DNA of 62,508 nt, filler included, from Klebsormidium nitens (GCA_000708835.1; 4 parts of 4 records of this genome joined end to end with filler, not necessarily neighbours in it), one strand, 5' to 3'. Counted from the whole stretch's first letter, positions 48,719 to 61,859 are shown. Notes: generated by a model from the sequence alone, not told the origin. Numbers and translations are program-made.

Positions 48719-49268
48719 TCAAGGCAGCCAGGGGTTGCTCGGGTCGGCCCACGCCCCCAGCAGTGCGGCGGCGCTGGGCGGCCACCCGCGCGCTGGCCCC
48801 TCCCACACGTCCACCCCGCGCTTCAGCCCCAGAGCATCGTCCGGAAGGGCTGCCAGCAAGCTTGCCACCCGAGGGGGATCGCTCGGGTTGGTGAAGCCCT
48901 GAGGGGGAGGGCGCTGCTGCCCCGGGTACGGGTACGGCACCGGTCCAGGCACTCCGGGCACATGTGTGCTGGGGGCGCCCCCTCGCGGGGCCCCTGCTCG
49001 GTCCCACGGTTCGGGAGCGTCGCTCCCCCGGAGCTGGCGCCGCTCCAGCTCGTGGGCCGCCTCGAAGGCGAGCTGCGAGATGGCGGCCAGCGAGTCCGCC
49101 TCCCCGAGCAGCCCCGACGGCAGCGACGACGGCAGCGAGAGGCTGCGCAACGGCGGCGCACCGCTGCGCCCCAGCCGCGCGTCCACGTTCGTGCCGCGGT
49201 CCTGCACCTGCAGCGAGTTGAAGGCCCGCGCCAGCGTCCCCGTCGGCGGCCCCAGCAGCGGTAGAGCC
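48719..49268 (-). CDS. Probable terminal exon of an unidentified GC-rich host gene, 5' part lost in the gap
   Basis: The frame is open from the gap (GSTAAGAADGTLARAFNSLQVQDRG...WADPSNPWLP*) with strong GC3 bias like the CesA exons. No family recognised. Confidence 0.4.
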
Positions 49269-50186
49269 NNNNNNNNNNNNNNNNNNNNNNNNNNNNNNNN
49301 NNNNNNNNNNNNTTAATTAATTAANNNNNNNNNNNNNNNNNNNNNNNNNNNNNNNNNNNNNNNNNNNNCCCACCGAGTACTTCGCCCAGCCTGGGGTATA
49401 GTACCGCATGTAACGCTTGAGCTAGGCCCCAGAGTCCACTGAGTACTTCGCCTAGGCCCAATCGTTACAGTTGCACTCAGATAATACGTGGGCTGTTGTG
49501 CGAAGTCCTGAGAAGTCACCGTACTCGGGGGACACTAAAATGACCCTTGGTGGATTCTGGTGGAAAACGGGAACGTAACACGTAACGCTAACTATGATCA
49601 TAGGCCCTCAAATGCTATTGATGCTATCCAAGGGGCTGAAGGGGTTTGAAGAATCTGGCAACGCTAATCTAGCTAGGCCAAAAGCAGTCTGTGCTGGTAC
49701 ACACTTGGAGGACGGGTCGGGTTAGTTTGGTGGTTAGGGTGGGTATGTGGTGCGGGGCGTGTCACTTTTGTGTTAGGGTTTTAGTGCTAGGGGCCCCAAG
49801 CTTCTATGGACGGGGCTATTACGGACGGGCGGGGTTTGTTTGGTGGTTAGGTTGGGTAAGGGTGCGGAGCGTGTTGTTCTCTTTATTAGGGTTTTAATTT
49901 ATGTAGGTGCGGCTCGAGAGGCTTCTGTATCTGTATCTTGATGCAAACATTGGCTAAGTCCAAGAGCTCTATAGTGGCCAAGAGTATAGGATGTGCACAA
50001 TTTGTGTATGTCAGATGTGCTGTACACGTTTTCGGACTGAATAGTGTGCATACAGAAGGAAACAAAGGGTGAATTCCTCAAATTAGCCAATTGCAGTAAT
50101 TACTTAGACATTTTGGGCCCTTCAAGTTAGGGTGAACCCCTTTCGCTATCATAGCGTCCGCAGATCCACACTTACCCTGAAACTTT

Positions 50187-50856
50187 GAGCAATTAGGGTA
50201 ATTTGAGTAATTCGGGTAACTGAAGGTACGAATTGCTTAGTTAGCCGGGTTACAGCAATTGCACACAACTTGACCCCTCGGGTCCACTTTCTTGTACCCT
50301 CATAGCCCTTGAAGCTGTATGCATATCGCAAATTGTTGAATAATTAGGGTAATTGAGCAATTGGGTTGCAAGGCTCGAAGTTGCTTGGATTGCTTGAATT
50401 AGGACAATTGCTCATATTTCAAGGGTTAGAGGCCCCATCGATCACAGTTGCTCGAATTGCTTGAATTAGCGTAATTGCTCGTGTTTTAAGAGCTTCGAAA
50501 CCCCTTCACAGTGCGTTTGCTCGGGTTGCTTGAATTTGCGTAATTGCTCATCTTTTCGAGCACTTCGATGATCCCTACGTACATACAATAGTTGCTTGGA
50601 TTGCTCAAGTTAGCGTAATTGCTCATATTTTCAAGTGCTCTGATGACCCGTTCATACAGCAGTTGCTTAGATTGCTCGAATTAGCGCAATTGCTCATGTT
50701 TCAAGGCCCCCATGAAGCCCCACACATAGTAGTTGCTTGGATTGCTTGAGTTAGCGCAATTGTTTGCGTTTCAAGGGCCCCAAGGACTTTCTTACAAAGT
50801 TGGCGCTGGAATTGTTTGGGTTAGCTAATTGCTCATGTTTGAAGGCCCCAAGGACC
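50187..50856. repeat. Array of seven 67-75-bp units (conserved ~46-nt core plus variable segment), preceded by inverted copies of the core
   Basis: Units start at 50379, 50446, 50515, 50590, 50661, 50731 and 50798. The core is about AGTTGCTTGGATTGCTTGAATTAGCGTAATTGCTCATATTTTCAAG. An inverted core copy lies at 50187-50221. Confidence 0.88.
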
Positions 50857-51011
50857 TCCATTGATAAAGCATTGGATCAAACCTCACTCCCATAGCTTAT
50901 ATATCATAACCCGCTGACTTTTTGACCACCTTCTTGACCGTTGCAGAACCCAATTCCTGGGCCACCAGAATCCACCAAGGGTCGTTTTAGCGTTCCAGTA
51001 CACTGCGAGTC

Positions 51012-51360
51012 TTGTACCTTGCTTCTGTTGCTGACAAAGTGTCTGCTGAAGTAGGTTTGTTGACAGCAAAGATCCTTGCAGCTTCGCGAAAGGGCTCAAC
51101 TAAGTTGCCACGTATGATGTTTTCTGGTAAGGCTGTTGCGGCTAAGGCCAACATTCTGTTTGGTTCGGGAGCGTCAGTAAACTTCGTTTCTGCCAAATTT
51201 GCTAATCAGACAGGCATCATGGTAAGACCTATGCTCAGACTGTTCGTCTAGCAGATGATGCTGTTGGCGAGATCCTAGGTGAGGCAACTGTGTATGTTCA
51301 GATGGGAGCGTTTCACAAGCATGTGAAGTGCTACGTTATGAACTTGTTGTTCGAGGTTAA
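51012..51360 (+). mobile_element. Ty3/gypsy aspartic protease remnant
   Basis: ANILFGSGASVNFVSAKFA is the retropepsin LFDSGAS motif with D changed to G. After a frameshift it continues TVRLADDAVGEILGEATVYVQMG. Confidence 0.7.
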
Positions 51361-51914
51361 CTGCATACCGAACTCGTCACAGTATTTTACTCTACGCCTG
51401 TTGGTGATTTTGTTCTGATCTCATACGCATTCGGGTTTCGTTGCGTTCCGCTCTGGTTTGTTGTTACATGCCCGGAAGCGGATCACGTGCTCCTCTAACA
51501 ATCAGACACTATACTGGAATATTGTGATGTCACCTTTTGACAGCCAAGATGTCGCGTATCTTCGGCATGTACTCATCTGTGCGTACACTGTATAATGCAC
51601 AGCGTGAATGTTGTGACATTGCGTGCATGCATTCTGGAGCCGACGGTTCGTCTTAAAGCTTACCGTCCTATTGGAACCATTGGTCTGACTCGTCAGTTCG
51701 CTTATTACGGGACATGAGGTAATTCCTCGCTTGCGGGCAAGGTTCCAAGTCCCCGAACAGGAAGGAGAAGGACACTTCTGTAGTTACAATTTCTGGAAGA
51801 AGAGCGCTCCTCGGTTTCATGGCTGGTGCATAGTAGGCGACAGTAATCTTCCGCTGCATACTCTGATCGCATTGCCCTGCTTATAGCTCATAGCTTGGAG
51901 TGAGCGTCACTCAC

Positions 51915-52456
51915 ACTTAGGCACCGCCGAGGAGAATTTATCAACACCCGCCATTAAGCACACGTTTAGGGTTTGTTCAAGCCCTCACCGAAGGGGACTT
52001 ATTCACTGCTCCTTTCTTCACGTTTCCTTTCATTCTTCCTCTGATATTAGGGTTGCGTTACGTGGGCCCATAACATGTTGAGATTCACCCTTCATGCAAG
52101 CATCATGCCGCCGTATGCACCGTTGGGCTTCTCATGCCCGAGCAATTACCACACTCACTGATCCTGAGATGTCGCGGGGCTGAATCACCGCTTCACACAG
52201 CGCCTCTCCTCCTCAGTAGTCTTCTCTCAGAATGAATTATCATCACATCGTCTGTTCCTTCAGCATCAATCTAGGCTAGAATGTCACGAGTCTACAGCAC
52301 AGCCTGAGTCTACACATCCACTCTACTATGGAGTATTGCTTTTCCATATTAATAAGTCGTGTCTCTGCTCACAACCGTCCGATCCAAATACTTCTTGATT
52401 CTAGCCGTCGATAAGAAATCGGCTGATCTAGCTCCAGTCAACGGATTCCTTCAACA
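51915..52456 (-). mobile_element. Truncated copia element 4 (family Y): LTR 52456-52076, PBS, leader, start of gag
   Basis: The LTR is homologous to the solo LTR at 34693-35069. TGTTATGGGCCCA lies at 52075-52063. A gag-like start MAGVDKFSSAVPK is followed by truncation. Confidence 0.8.
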
Positions 52457-55400
52457 GTAGGTACCGGTATTACGATACCTACCAGCCGGATTTGCCGTAC
52501 CCCCACGGCTACGGTAGCTACGCGGTACTATAGTAGGTACCTAGAAACGTACAATTGTACCTAACAGCACGATAGAGGGCAGCCTTGCCCGGGTGGAAGC
52601 CTTACGTACACTGGGCGGCATGCTGCTAGGGCGGGTAAGTGGCTTAAGCAAGGTCCCGGAACAGATACTACCGGGGGAACAAGTACCCTACCTTCTGGGA
52701 CCTCTCTTCTGGCCTACTGGAAAGTGCCCTTATTTTCGAGCGACACCAACCTAATGGACTTGGAGAATCATGGAACTCAAATGTCAAATCACCATCGTCC
52801 TACGAAAATCAAGAAGAAGGGTGGTTCACCACCAAAGCTATTATGAGTAAGAATGGCTCCAGTTTCATAACAAAAGCCTAGAAGAATGCTTTACAAATCT
52901 CAGCATGCGTTGTCAACATCAACATGGACCTACTGTGTGAGTTTCCTACATACATGTCTCTTAATTAAATATGCAGTTCTATATAACTATATTTCAAGGC
53001 CTTTTTTAGTGCTAAAATGCAACAACACAGCAATATTTGGGAACATACAATTGATGTTTTTACTGTTGGAATACCGTACGAAGTACCCACAGCGGTTCTA
53101 CATCTCCCCGGGGTTCCGCCGGCCGAATTTTGCGATACCGTGCGAATGTGCCACATCGTGCCCAAATTAAATCGGTCCGCATCAATAAGTTTCCGCCGGG
53201 CTAAAAAGCACCATAAATGCCCCGTGACGTGAAAACTGCGAGTCACGACCGAACTTGTTTTGACCCCATCTGGAAAAGTAGAAGTGTATAGTATTGAACA
53301 AGTTCGTCAAGCAACTTGTAATGAGTCCGACGAAGTTAAGTTGCGTTCCCTAAGTCTGTATAAGCGTATTTTTCTTTAGACTTCCCTGACTTTGACAACT
53401 CGACGGACGTACTCCATTTCATTGTACGTACAGTGGAACATCGACACCACAACTTGCGCGCGGCTACATTGCGCATCTCGTCAAGGCCGTGAGCAGTGAG
53501 GTCTTACCGAGTAGGATCCTGATAGGGCCACGTGGCATCTTATTGTGCCACATGCCAGTGGTAGCCATGGGGCGAGTATGTGACGGCTGGATTGCGAGCC
53601 TGGCTCACGCGCCGCGGGTATGATAGAGGCAAAGGCTAGTATTATGCGATTCGTGTGGGGTCAACGGTTGATCACTTCATGGATCAACCAATAACGTATA
53701 GGTCACGATATATATATCTTGTATAAGACACTGCTTCAATTGTGGCATTGCTGCGATAGGATCGTCACGGCGCAGACTCAAGCTTGAAAGAAGGAAGGTG
53801 ATTTTTTATTCCTCTTTGGCAAAGATCCATAGCTAGGGCGCGGCGGGCCACCACATGACGACTAGTTTGTTTAACATAGGGCACAGCTAGGACCATTGAC
53901 AACGGCTGCGAAACGAAGACTTCCTTCAAGTGCGTGTGGGGAGGTGGTGTCACCTCATGGCCTGTGTTCTCGCGCCCGCTCGGAGTCAAAGCCAAAGGCA
54001 TTCGAAAAATCACAAAATGCAGTGAGCATTGCACAAGGAATGCACGACCAGTCCGGCCCCACTAAAGGGGTACGTAGACATCTTGGACCAACTTGGTCGG
54101 CGAGTTTAAGGTTGTGTCAATTTTTGTCCGGCGACAGTGCTTAGTGCATATTAGTGTACATTCGGTCGATGTGTGTCGCCGGCACGCATACCGTACAAAT
54201 TTGGAGTCATACGCGGCCGGAATCAATGACGTCACTAGGTCGGTCTTAGCTAGCGCGACTCAAAGTTGTAGAGTGATTTTGCGACGCCGCGCGTACCGCA
54301 GAATTTAAAGCAACGACTATGCCAGCCTTTAACGTTCGCGACAAAGAGCAAGTGGTCGGGTTGCTAAGCACTATAGGGAGCTTACTCTTATTTTCAGGTC
54401 TCTTCATCTTTTTACAAGCTGTAAATTGAATTCTAACATTGTCTATATGTGTGCTAATGTTGGCACTAATCTGCATAACATTTGGTGGAGGTTTTGTGCA
54501 ATTGTCCTGGTGAGCTTATTGAGTTTGCGGCCATTGTTATCTTGAAAGGGCTGTATTAGGCTGCTTAGAAAAGTTGGACGTGACATTGGAGGGTTTTCGC
54601 ATGCACAATGTCAGTCGGCCGCGAGGCTAATGTTACCGTAAAAACCGACTACGTATAGCAGAAAGCGACCCACAACCAAAGCCGCGCGCGTGAGCGCGCT
54701 CATCAGGAAACCCTGAAACCCTGGCCCGAGTGGAAACCGACGGTGTTAAGTATAACCGCCCCTGAACCGACCCCAGAACCCTCTGTCCGACTTCGGCCGG
54801 CGTGCCGACCAGTGGTGACGTCAGCGTGGAGCATGCAAGCCAAGGGAGCGACAACATCGGAGCCGTCCGAGATTGGAAGTGCCAAAATCCAACGGTGTAC
54901 ATAAGTGGTCAGTACAAATGGAAGACAGCATGTAGACTTTGGAGCTTAAGTTCACGTGAAGTTGTTGTCAGAAAAGGATAAGCATCAGAACCGGATCCAT
55001 ACGTCCGGCTGTATGATAGGAGGAAGGAGAAAGAAGGAAGATGCTGCAAGAGTGTGGCAGACTATGCACAACACAATGCAGAAACAGTGTATCAGACGCT
55101 CGGCCTTAACTTATGAACTAGAGACTTTATTCTAGTTCTAGCCTAGTGCAAAAGTGAAGAAGAGAGTAGAAAAGACGGAGGGAGGATAAAAGTGACATCC
55201 TTTTGCCAATACCAACATCCAAAACTTTGCCTTGCGCCATCGTTTCAGCTGCACTTGTGTGCCAGCATTGTCTCGTGCCGTTGCCAGCTTGCTCGTGTGC
55301 AAGCCTGCCGAACTTAAGTGCGAATCTCGGTGTATGCATCATTGAGATTGTGGGAAAGAACGTTGCATCATCAGAAGAGCTGATCAATCGGACCTTGTAC

Positions 55401-55479
55401 AGTGACTGCAGTGAGAACTGCATTTATTGCATGAGTCGTAAGTGTCGGCATAGCTAAGTTTTGAGTGGCGACGGATTTT

Positions 55480-55497
55480 TGGCGCCGACACCGGGGA
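55480..55497 (+). promoter_or_regulatory. Primer-binding site of the gypsy element
   Basis: TGGCGCCGACACCGGGGA resembles the tRNA-Asp-type PBS TGGCGCCGTTGCCGGGGA of Athila-like elements. It lies ~440 nt upstream of the gag ATG and directly after an LTR-like tract (~54.9-55.47 kb, boundaries unresolved). Confidence 0.7.
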
Positions 55498-58400
55498 ACT
55501 CTTCCTGTTGGTCTCATCCTCATATGAGCTGACTTATTACAAGGGAAGAGAGAGGGATCAAGTAAAAGTTGCTGCTCTGAAAACAGCTGACACGTTCAAA
55601 TAAAAACATTGAGTGGAAAGCTCCGTGCTTTCATGCCTATTGAGCTTCCATTCTTGAGAGGCTGGAGGTCTCGTAGAACCGGCGACTCAAATCAACTAGG
55701 GAACAGGCCAGCAAGCAGATTGACAACACCTGTGGGAAGATTTGCTGTTGGAGTGACTAGAGCATCTTCAGAGGATTGGGTGGCCTGTGCCGTACACGAA
55801 TTTCACGAGAGCACAGACAGAATCCTTGAGAGGAGTGCACGACGGCTCAACTTGGCAGAGACCAGGTAAGACTGATTCAAACCATAATCAACCTCAAGCA
55901 TCTATTGAATGTTTCTTTGCTGAGACTTTTCAGAATGGCAACAAATCAAGAGCATCAAGACACCTTGCAGAGTGATCCCCCTCCGGCTAGCCAATCTGAA
56001 CCTTTGCCTTCCGGTGTGTTGCAACCAATACAAGCTGACCTGACAGACCCACAAGTTAGAGCTGAGATTGAGCTAGCTTTTGAAACCAGGATTGCATCTT
56101 TGGAGGCTAAGTCGAGGGAAAGAGAGAAAGCTTTAGCTGAAATTCATGAGAATCGTGCCGAGACAACCTTGCCCGCGAGTGTCAATCGGGAGCAAAGCTC
56201 AAAAAACCAGCCTGCTACCCTACCAAGAACCTCTGCTGTCCCTAACACTCTTCACATCAGATCTGGGGTATCTTCTGAGAGCCTGCAAATTCAGCATGGG
56301 GACCAAACAATCGCAAGGCTGTCTGAACACACCCGCGGTCAAACGGCAAATCAACAGGTTCAGTACTCTTTCCGACTGCCTACTCCAGATTCTGTGTCAA
56401 ACCAGCAGGCACTTTTGTACAGAATCTTGACCCAACAAGGTGTGTTTCATGGGCTACCAAACAGAAGCAACGAACAAATGCCTCCATCTCAGACCTATGT
56501 CAATGCAATATCTGCGGTTCCTATGTCAACAACTCAAGTACCACAGCTTTTAATTAATCAGTATCCTTCTGGGCAAACCAGCACTTTGGGTGAAAATGTG
56601 ACTTTGCCAGTGGGTGTCATTCAAGAAGTATGCCAAAGGTTCTTGGAAAACCTGATGCTTCAAAACCTGCCTGTTCGGAACCTTGATAACCAATTACCTT
56701 CATCGGCACCAACAAGTCAGCCAAGCCATGCCCAGTCGGTAAACCCCGCACCAACTTCTGAGAGGCCAACCCCGAGGCCTAACCAACCCACTCAAACTTT
56801 TCCTTTGGCCTATGAACCTGCTCAAGGTTCAGCACCTTTGTATGTCTCAAGTGGACCTACTTATGCCCCGGTGAATCCAACCTCGGTTTTGACACAGGCA
56901 CCTGTTTTGTCAGGAGTGCAACCACGACTTGGACCTTCAGTTTTGACCCAACCAGCTGTCTTTGCATCTGGAGGAACCAGCTCTTCGTCTGGTCCACGTG
57001 GGGCTATTCCTAACCTTCATCATATGTCGAAGTACGATGGGAAGAAACAGGGTCTTGAAGCTTTGGACTGGTTGGATGACATGGATCGAATTCAAAAGCT
57101 TTACAATGCATCCTCTGATCAAATGCTCAGCTTGGCCAAGATGTGTTGTGACGGTTCAGCTAAAAATTGGGCAAGCATTCAACCCAAGGACCAGACCTTT
57201 GAACAGTTCAAGGAACCTTTTCGGCTGCAGTTTGGAACCCACAACTACGACCAGATTTGCATCGAAATGATTCGCTTCAAACAGGACCAAAGAACTGTAG
57301 GAGAGTACTCAACTGTCATGATGCGTTTTTTCCAGCAGTTAAACATCAGTCCACAGCAATAGAAAATCCACTTCATCAAGAATCTGAACCCAAGTGTCCG
57401 CGATACTGTGATTGGTCGATCACCAAGAACTGTTGAAGAAGCAATTGATGCAGCTCGTGAGTATGAAACCATCTACAGTATCATGCCGGGAGAAGACCTC
57501 TCCCAACAAGTCCATAACGTTTCTGAAAGTCTGGAGTCTCTTCGAGCGGAAGTCGGTCAAAAGAAACCCAACTCTGCCAAACCGGAATTGTCAGACGATA
57601 CCTTGCGCAGGTTCAAGTGCCCCAGATGTCTAGAGTATGGTCACCTGCTTCGTGAGTGCAATAACCCACCTAAGGCCCCCCCTCTGGATTGTTGTAACAG
57701 GTGGGGCACCCACCGCTTTGACTGTAAGCAGAAACCGAAGGAAACCAATTACGTCGAAGAAGTCTGTGGAGGCACTGACGAAGAGGACGCCCCTCTCGAA
57801 GTACTCCAAGTTGAGCGTGAAGGTGATGATCCTATCTCTGATGATGATGATGATGATGCTTACACCGGTTCTGATGACTCTGATGGTGAAACCGGTGAGC
57901 TTTATGCCGCTGAAAAACGCAGACGTGTGAACTTTGCCGACCAAAATCCTGCAAAGAGTGCTCGGAGAGGAGATATTCCTGACAAGCGTCACCCTGTCAA
58001 ACCCGTTGCCGAAAACCCACTCACGGACGAACAAAAGGTCCAGAGAATGGAAACACGTAAGAAAAATCGAGCCGCCTTGGATGAGAAGAATCGAGGTGTG
58101 GTTCAAGCAATCTTTTCGCCAATCCAAAACCAGCTTGCAACCCACAAAAACTTTCCACATTTCCGAACCGAGGTGCACCGTTTCGTTGACCAGATTTTTG
58201 AGCATGAGAAGAGGTCCGTTAGGAACAATCCGCAACCAGGAGCTCGCCCATTCCGTCGAGCTCAAAGACCAGTCAGTGAGTCCCAACAGTCTAAAGTCGG
58301 TGACAACCTGAACCTGCAACCTCGGAGACCAACTGAATCGCACTTTCTGCAGTGTTCTTTGAATGAACCGCTTGACGACGACCTGCCCCAGCCACTTCGA

Positions 58401-61303
58401 ACCGAAATCAGAGGTACGATTGAGAATCTTAAGAACCGCATCATTTGTGTGGACAGTGGTGCCATGTTTTCCGGCATCTCAAACCGGAATCTTGAAACGG
58501 ATTCGCCGGACTGGTGTGCATTACAAACCCTCGTCAGGTGACCTAGTCCCCGCGGAGGGAAAAGTTCGTGTAAAGGTTACCCTAGGTCCTTTAACCATCA
58601 GGTCAACCATGATTGTGATGCCTGAGCACTGTTCTTACAACATGCTGCTTGCGAGCGATATATTGGGACCTTTGAAGGGCGAGATCTTGAGAAGCAAAAA
58701 CGAAGTGCACTTGCACCACAGTTGCGGCACTGTGAACCTTCCAATTGTGACTGACGAGGAGCGAGATAACCCAACCGCTAACCGCGAAACGTATTGCATA
58801 ACTGAAATTTGAGGAGCAACCAAAGATGAATTGAAGGAGTTTCAACCTGACTTCGAATTTGCATCTGATCCAAAAACGGCTGAACCATGCAGGGGTCGCT
58901 GCGGTGCATGAATGCGGCTGCCCCCAAGCAACCAAACCTAGGTTAGTCATCAAAGGGATCAAGATTCGAAAGGATACCAGCCTTGATTGTATGCAAATAT
59001 GGGCAAAGTCGAATAAGGTTAAGAACGGAAGGCTTAAGAGAATCATGAAACTTGTCCGTTCTGCTGTCTCGAAACCAGACTTCACGGAATTTATATGGAT
59101 TTATCTGCCAAACAGTACCGAACCTCCACTTGAGTTATGCCGTGTTGAAATTGAACTATGTACTGACACGTGGGAAGAGCTGTACTCTGTAGAGTCACTC
59201 AAAAAGTCTGACGTGTATACCGACGAAGATGTACAGCGGATTGTTTCAGAAATAACCTTTGGTAAAGAGCTAACCGAGTCAGAACGAACCGAACTGATTA
59301 ACGTTGTAAAAAGACGCATCTCTAGTTTCAGCCGGAACAAGGGAGACATCGGTTACACAACCTTGATTGAACATGAAATCGACCTGACTGAAGAGAAGCC
59401 GTTCAAAATCAGACCGTACAAACTTTCGTTTGCACAACAAAAAGCCGCCGTTGAGTATATCCAGCAGTTAGTAAAAGAAGGTCAGATACGACCTAGCAAA
59501 TCACCTTGGTCTTCACCTGCATTCCTTGTGCCTAAACCTAAACAACCTGGTTTGTGGAGACTGTTAATTGACTTCCGGAAATTGAACTCTGTGACTCGTT
59601 CTTGGTCTATGCCCCTGCCGTTTATGTCAGACCTTCAACACAAGCTTGCCAGATTCACGAGTCAAGTATTTCGCAACCATGGACGTCACGAGCGGATTTT
59701 ACAATGTGCCTGTCAAACCGGAACACGCCAGTATACCGCCTTTTGCCTCTGGAATATTGGCCTTTTTGAATGGCTTGTAATGCCGATGGGGCTCAAGAAC
59801 GCCCCGGCGACCTTCACCCGTTTGCAACAGATTGTGTTTCCTCCTCTTGACTTTCCGTGGCTTGAGATCTTTATTGACGAGCTCTGTTTAGGTGCTGACA
59901 CGATCCATGACCTTGCTGTGCGCCTTCATCGAGTCCTGGAACGTCTTGCTTGGGCCGGAATGAAGCTAAGCCCCAAGAAATGTGTCGTAGGAGTGCAGGA
60001 AGTCGAATTTCTTGGTCACGTTATCTTTCAGGGTGGCATCAAACCGTCTCAAAAGAATGTTGAAGCAATCCGGAACCTGAAACCTCTGACTACTGTGAAA
60101 CAACTTCAGTCCGTTCTCGGTCTTATGCAGTATTACAGGCCTTTCATACCCAAGTTTTCTCACATAGCGAAGCCAATGACTAGTCTTTTGCAAAAAGACT
60201 CAGAGTTTTTGTGGACCGAAGCCTGTCAAGGCGTCTTCGAGTTCTTGAAAGAGTGCCTGTGCTCGGAATCAGTTCTTGCCTCCTATAACCCAGATTTGCA
60301 GTTCGTTTTGGACACTGATTATGAGAAGCACGCTGTTTCCGCAATCCTAGGTCAAATAAACCCGAAATTTAAACGTGAACAGGTGATTGGCTATGCTTCT
60401 AGAACCCTAAGCAGAACGGAGAGACGAATGGCACCGACTCAAGGCGAACTAGCCGCACTTGTTTTCGGTGTTTGCAACGCCTTCGGGCAAACGCAGTACG
60501 AGATTTTGCACCAATTACCGTCATTCTTTCAAGAAGGAAAGTATCCCGAAGGTATCCAGAGCTCATGTCAGAAGCAAAGTTTCAAACGGAAAGCCAACAC
60601 GTTCATCTTTCAGGATGGTGCTCTGTACCGAAAACGAGAACATGGTTTGTGTCGAGTGCTTTGGGAAGACAAAGTTTTGCCTACTTTGGAGGAATTCCAC
60701 GAACGAAACGCTCATTACCCTAAAAATAAAGGAAAACTCAGAATTTTAGTCGAAGAAAGATATTACTTTCCTCAGTTAAATCGTAGTTACAGCCAACTTT
60801 TTGAAGTCATGTCCTGCTTGCCAACCGGAAAAAGCCGGGCACGCCGCCCGAACCGACCGTGAGATTTACCCGACGCCTCCAACCGGACCTTTCTTTCGTG
60901 TTCACGTCGACATCTCCAAGGACCTGTCCAAGCTTCAAAAGAGAACGAATACAAGTTTATTATGATGGTTGTTGATTCTGTAACCAAACATACGTCCGGA
61001 CGCCCGTTAAAAGATAGGAAAGCCAAAACAGTACCAGCTGCTTTCAAAGAGGAGATTCTGCTTCGTCACAGCTGTCCGTATCAGGTGGTTACTAACAGAG
61101 GGACAGAATTCAACAAGCAATTTGCAAACGCTCTAAAGGGTAAAGGTCTGAAACATGTGACCATCCGAACCCGTAACCCGAAAGCAAACGGACAAGTCGA
61201 AAGAATGATGTCAGTCATGAAGAGTCAGCTTCGGATCAACTGTGATCAGAGGCCGAGCACATGGGAGAACAACGTTTCTTCAATCATCTTTAGTTACACG
61301 ACC
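55480..61303 (+). mobile_element. Defective Ty3/gypsy retrotransposon, gag-PR-RT-RH-IN
   Basis: Gag ATG at 55935, capsid YDGKKQGLEALDWL, in-frame TAG at 57360 and knuckle CPRCLEYGHLLREC. Protease VDSGA. RT SPWSSPAFLVPK, LIDFRKLN, MPMGLKNAPATF, FIDE. RNase H VLDTD...ELAAL, then a deletion. Integrase CPAC, HVD, TNRG (D to N) and GQVERM. Several frameshifts. Confidence 0.95.
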
Positions 61304-61859
61304 CGTCCCTGGCAAATTTGGTAGTGTCGCTTTTCGAGAGGCACGCCGTCCGATGTCCGATCTGACGGTCAAATTTTGGCTTCGGCAGAACTAACACCGT
61401 GGCGGAAAAACCCTCCAATGCCACGAACCACTTTTTCGAGCAGCCCAATGCAGCGGTTTTAAGATAATGGAGGCCGCTTACTTAAAAAGCCCTCCAGGAC
61501 GATTGCGAACGCCTTGATGAAAAGTTATGCAGATTGCTGCCAACATCAGAACACTTATAGACAATGAATGATAGCAATTTACAGCACTCAAAAAGATGAA
61601 TAGACCTGCAAGCAATAGTAGGCTCCCTACAGTGATGAGCGACCATTGAGTGCTTTTGCGAAGCGCCATGACTGGTCACTGTCCGTCTTACAGTCTCAAA
61701 TTTATAGAGTGATTTCGCGACGTCGTACCGCACGACTCCAAATTTGTACGGCGCGCGGACCGGCGACAGTGACTCGACTATGGTAGATAACGATCGGGGT
61801 TGACCAAGTCGATCGCCGGACGCGACTTGACACAAATTGTAATCTGCCCACGTGGGTGG

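Noticed and set aside
50379-50856. CRISPR array
   Set aside because: Repeats are imperfect, spacers resemble each other, there are no cas genes and the context is eukaryotic. Kept only as a repeat array.
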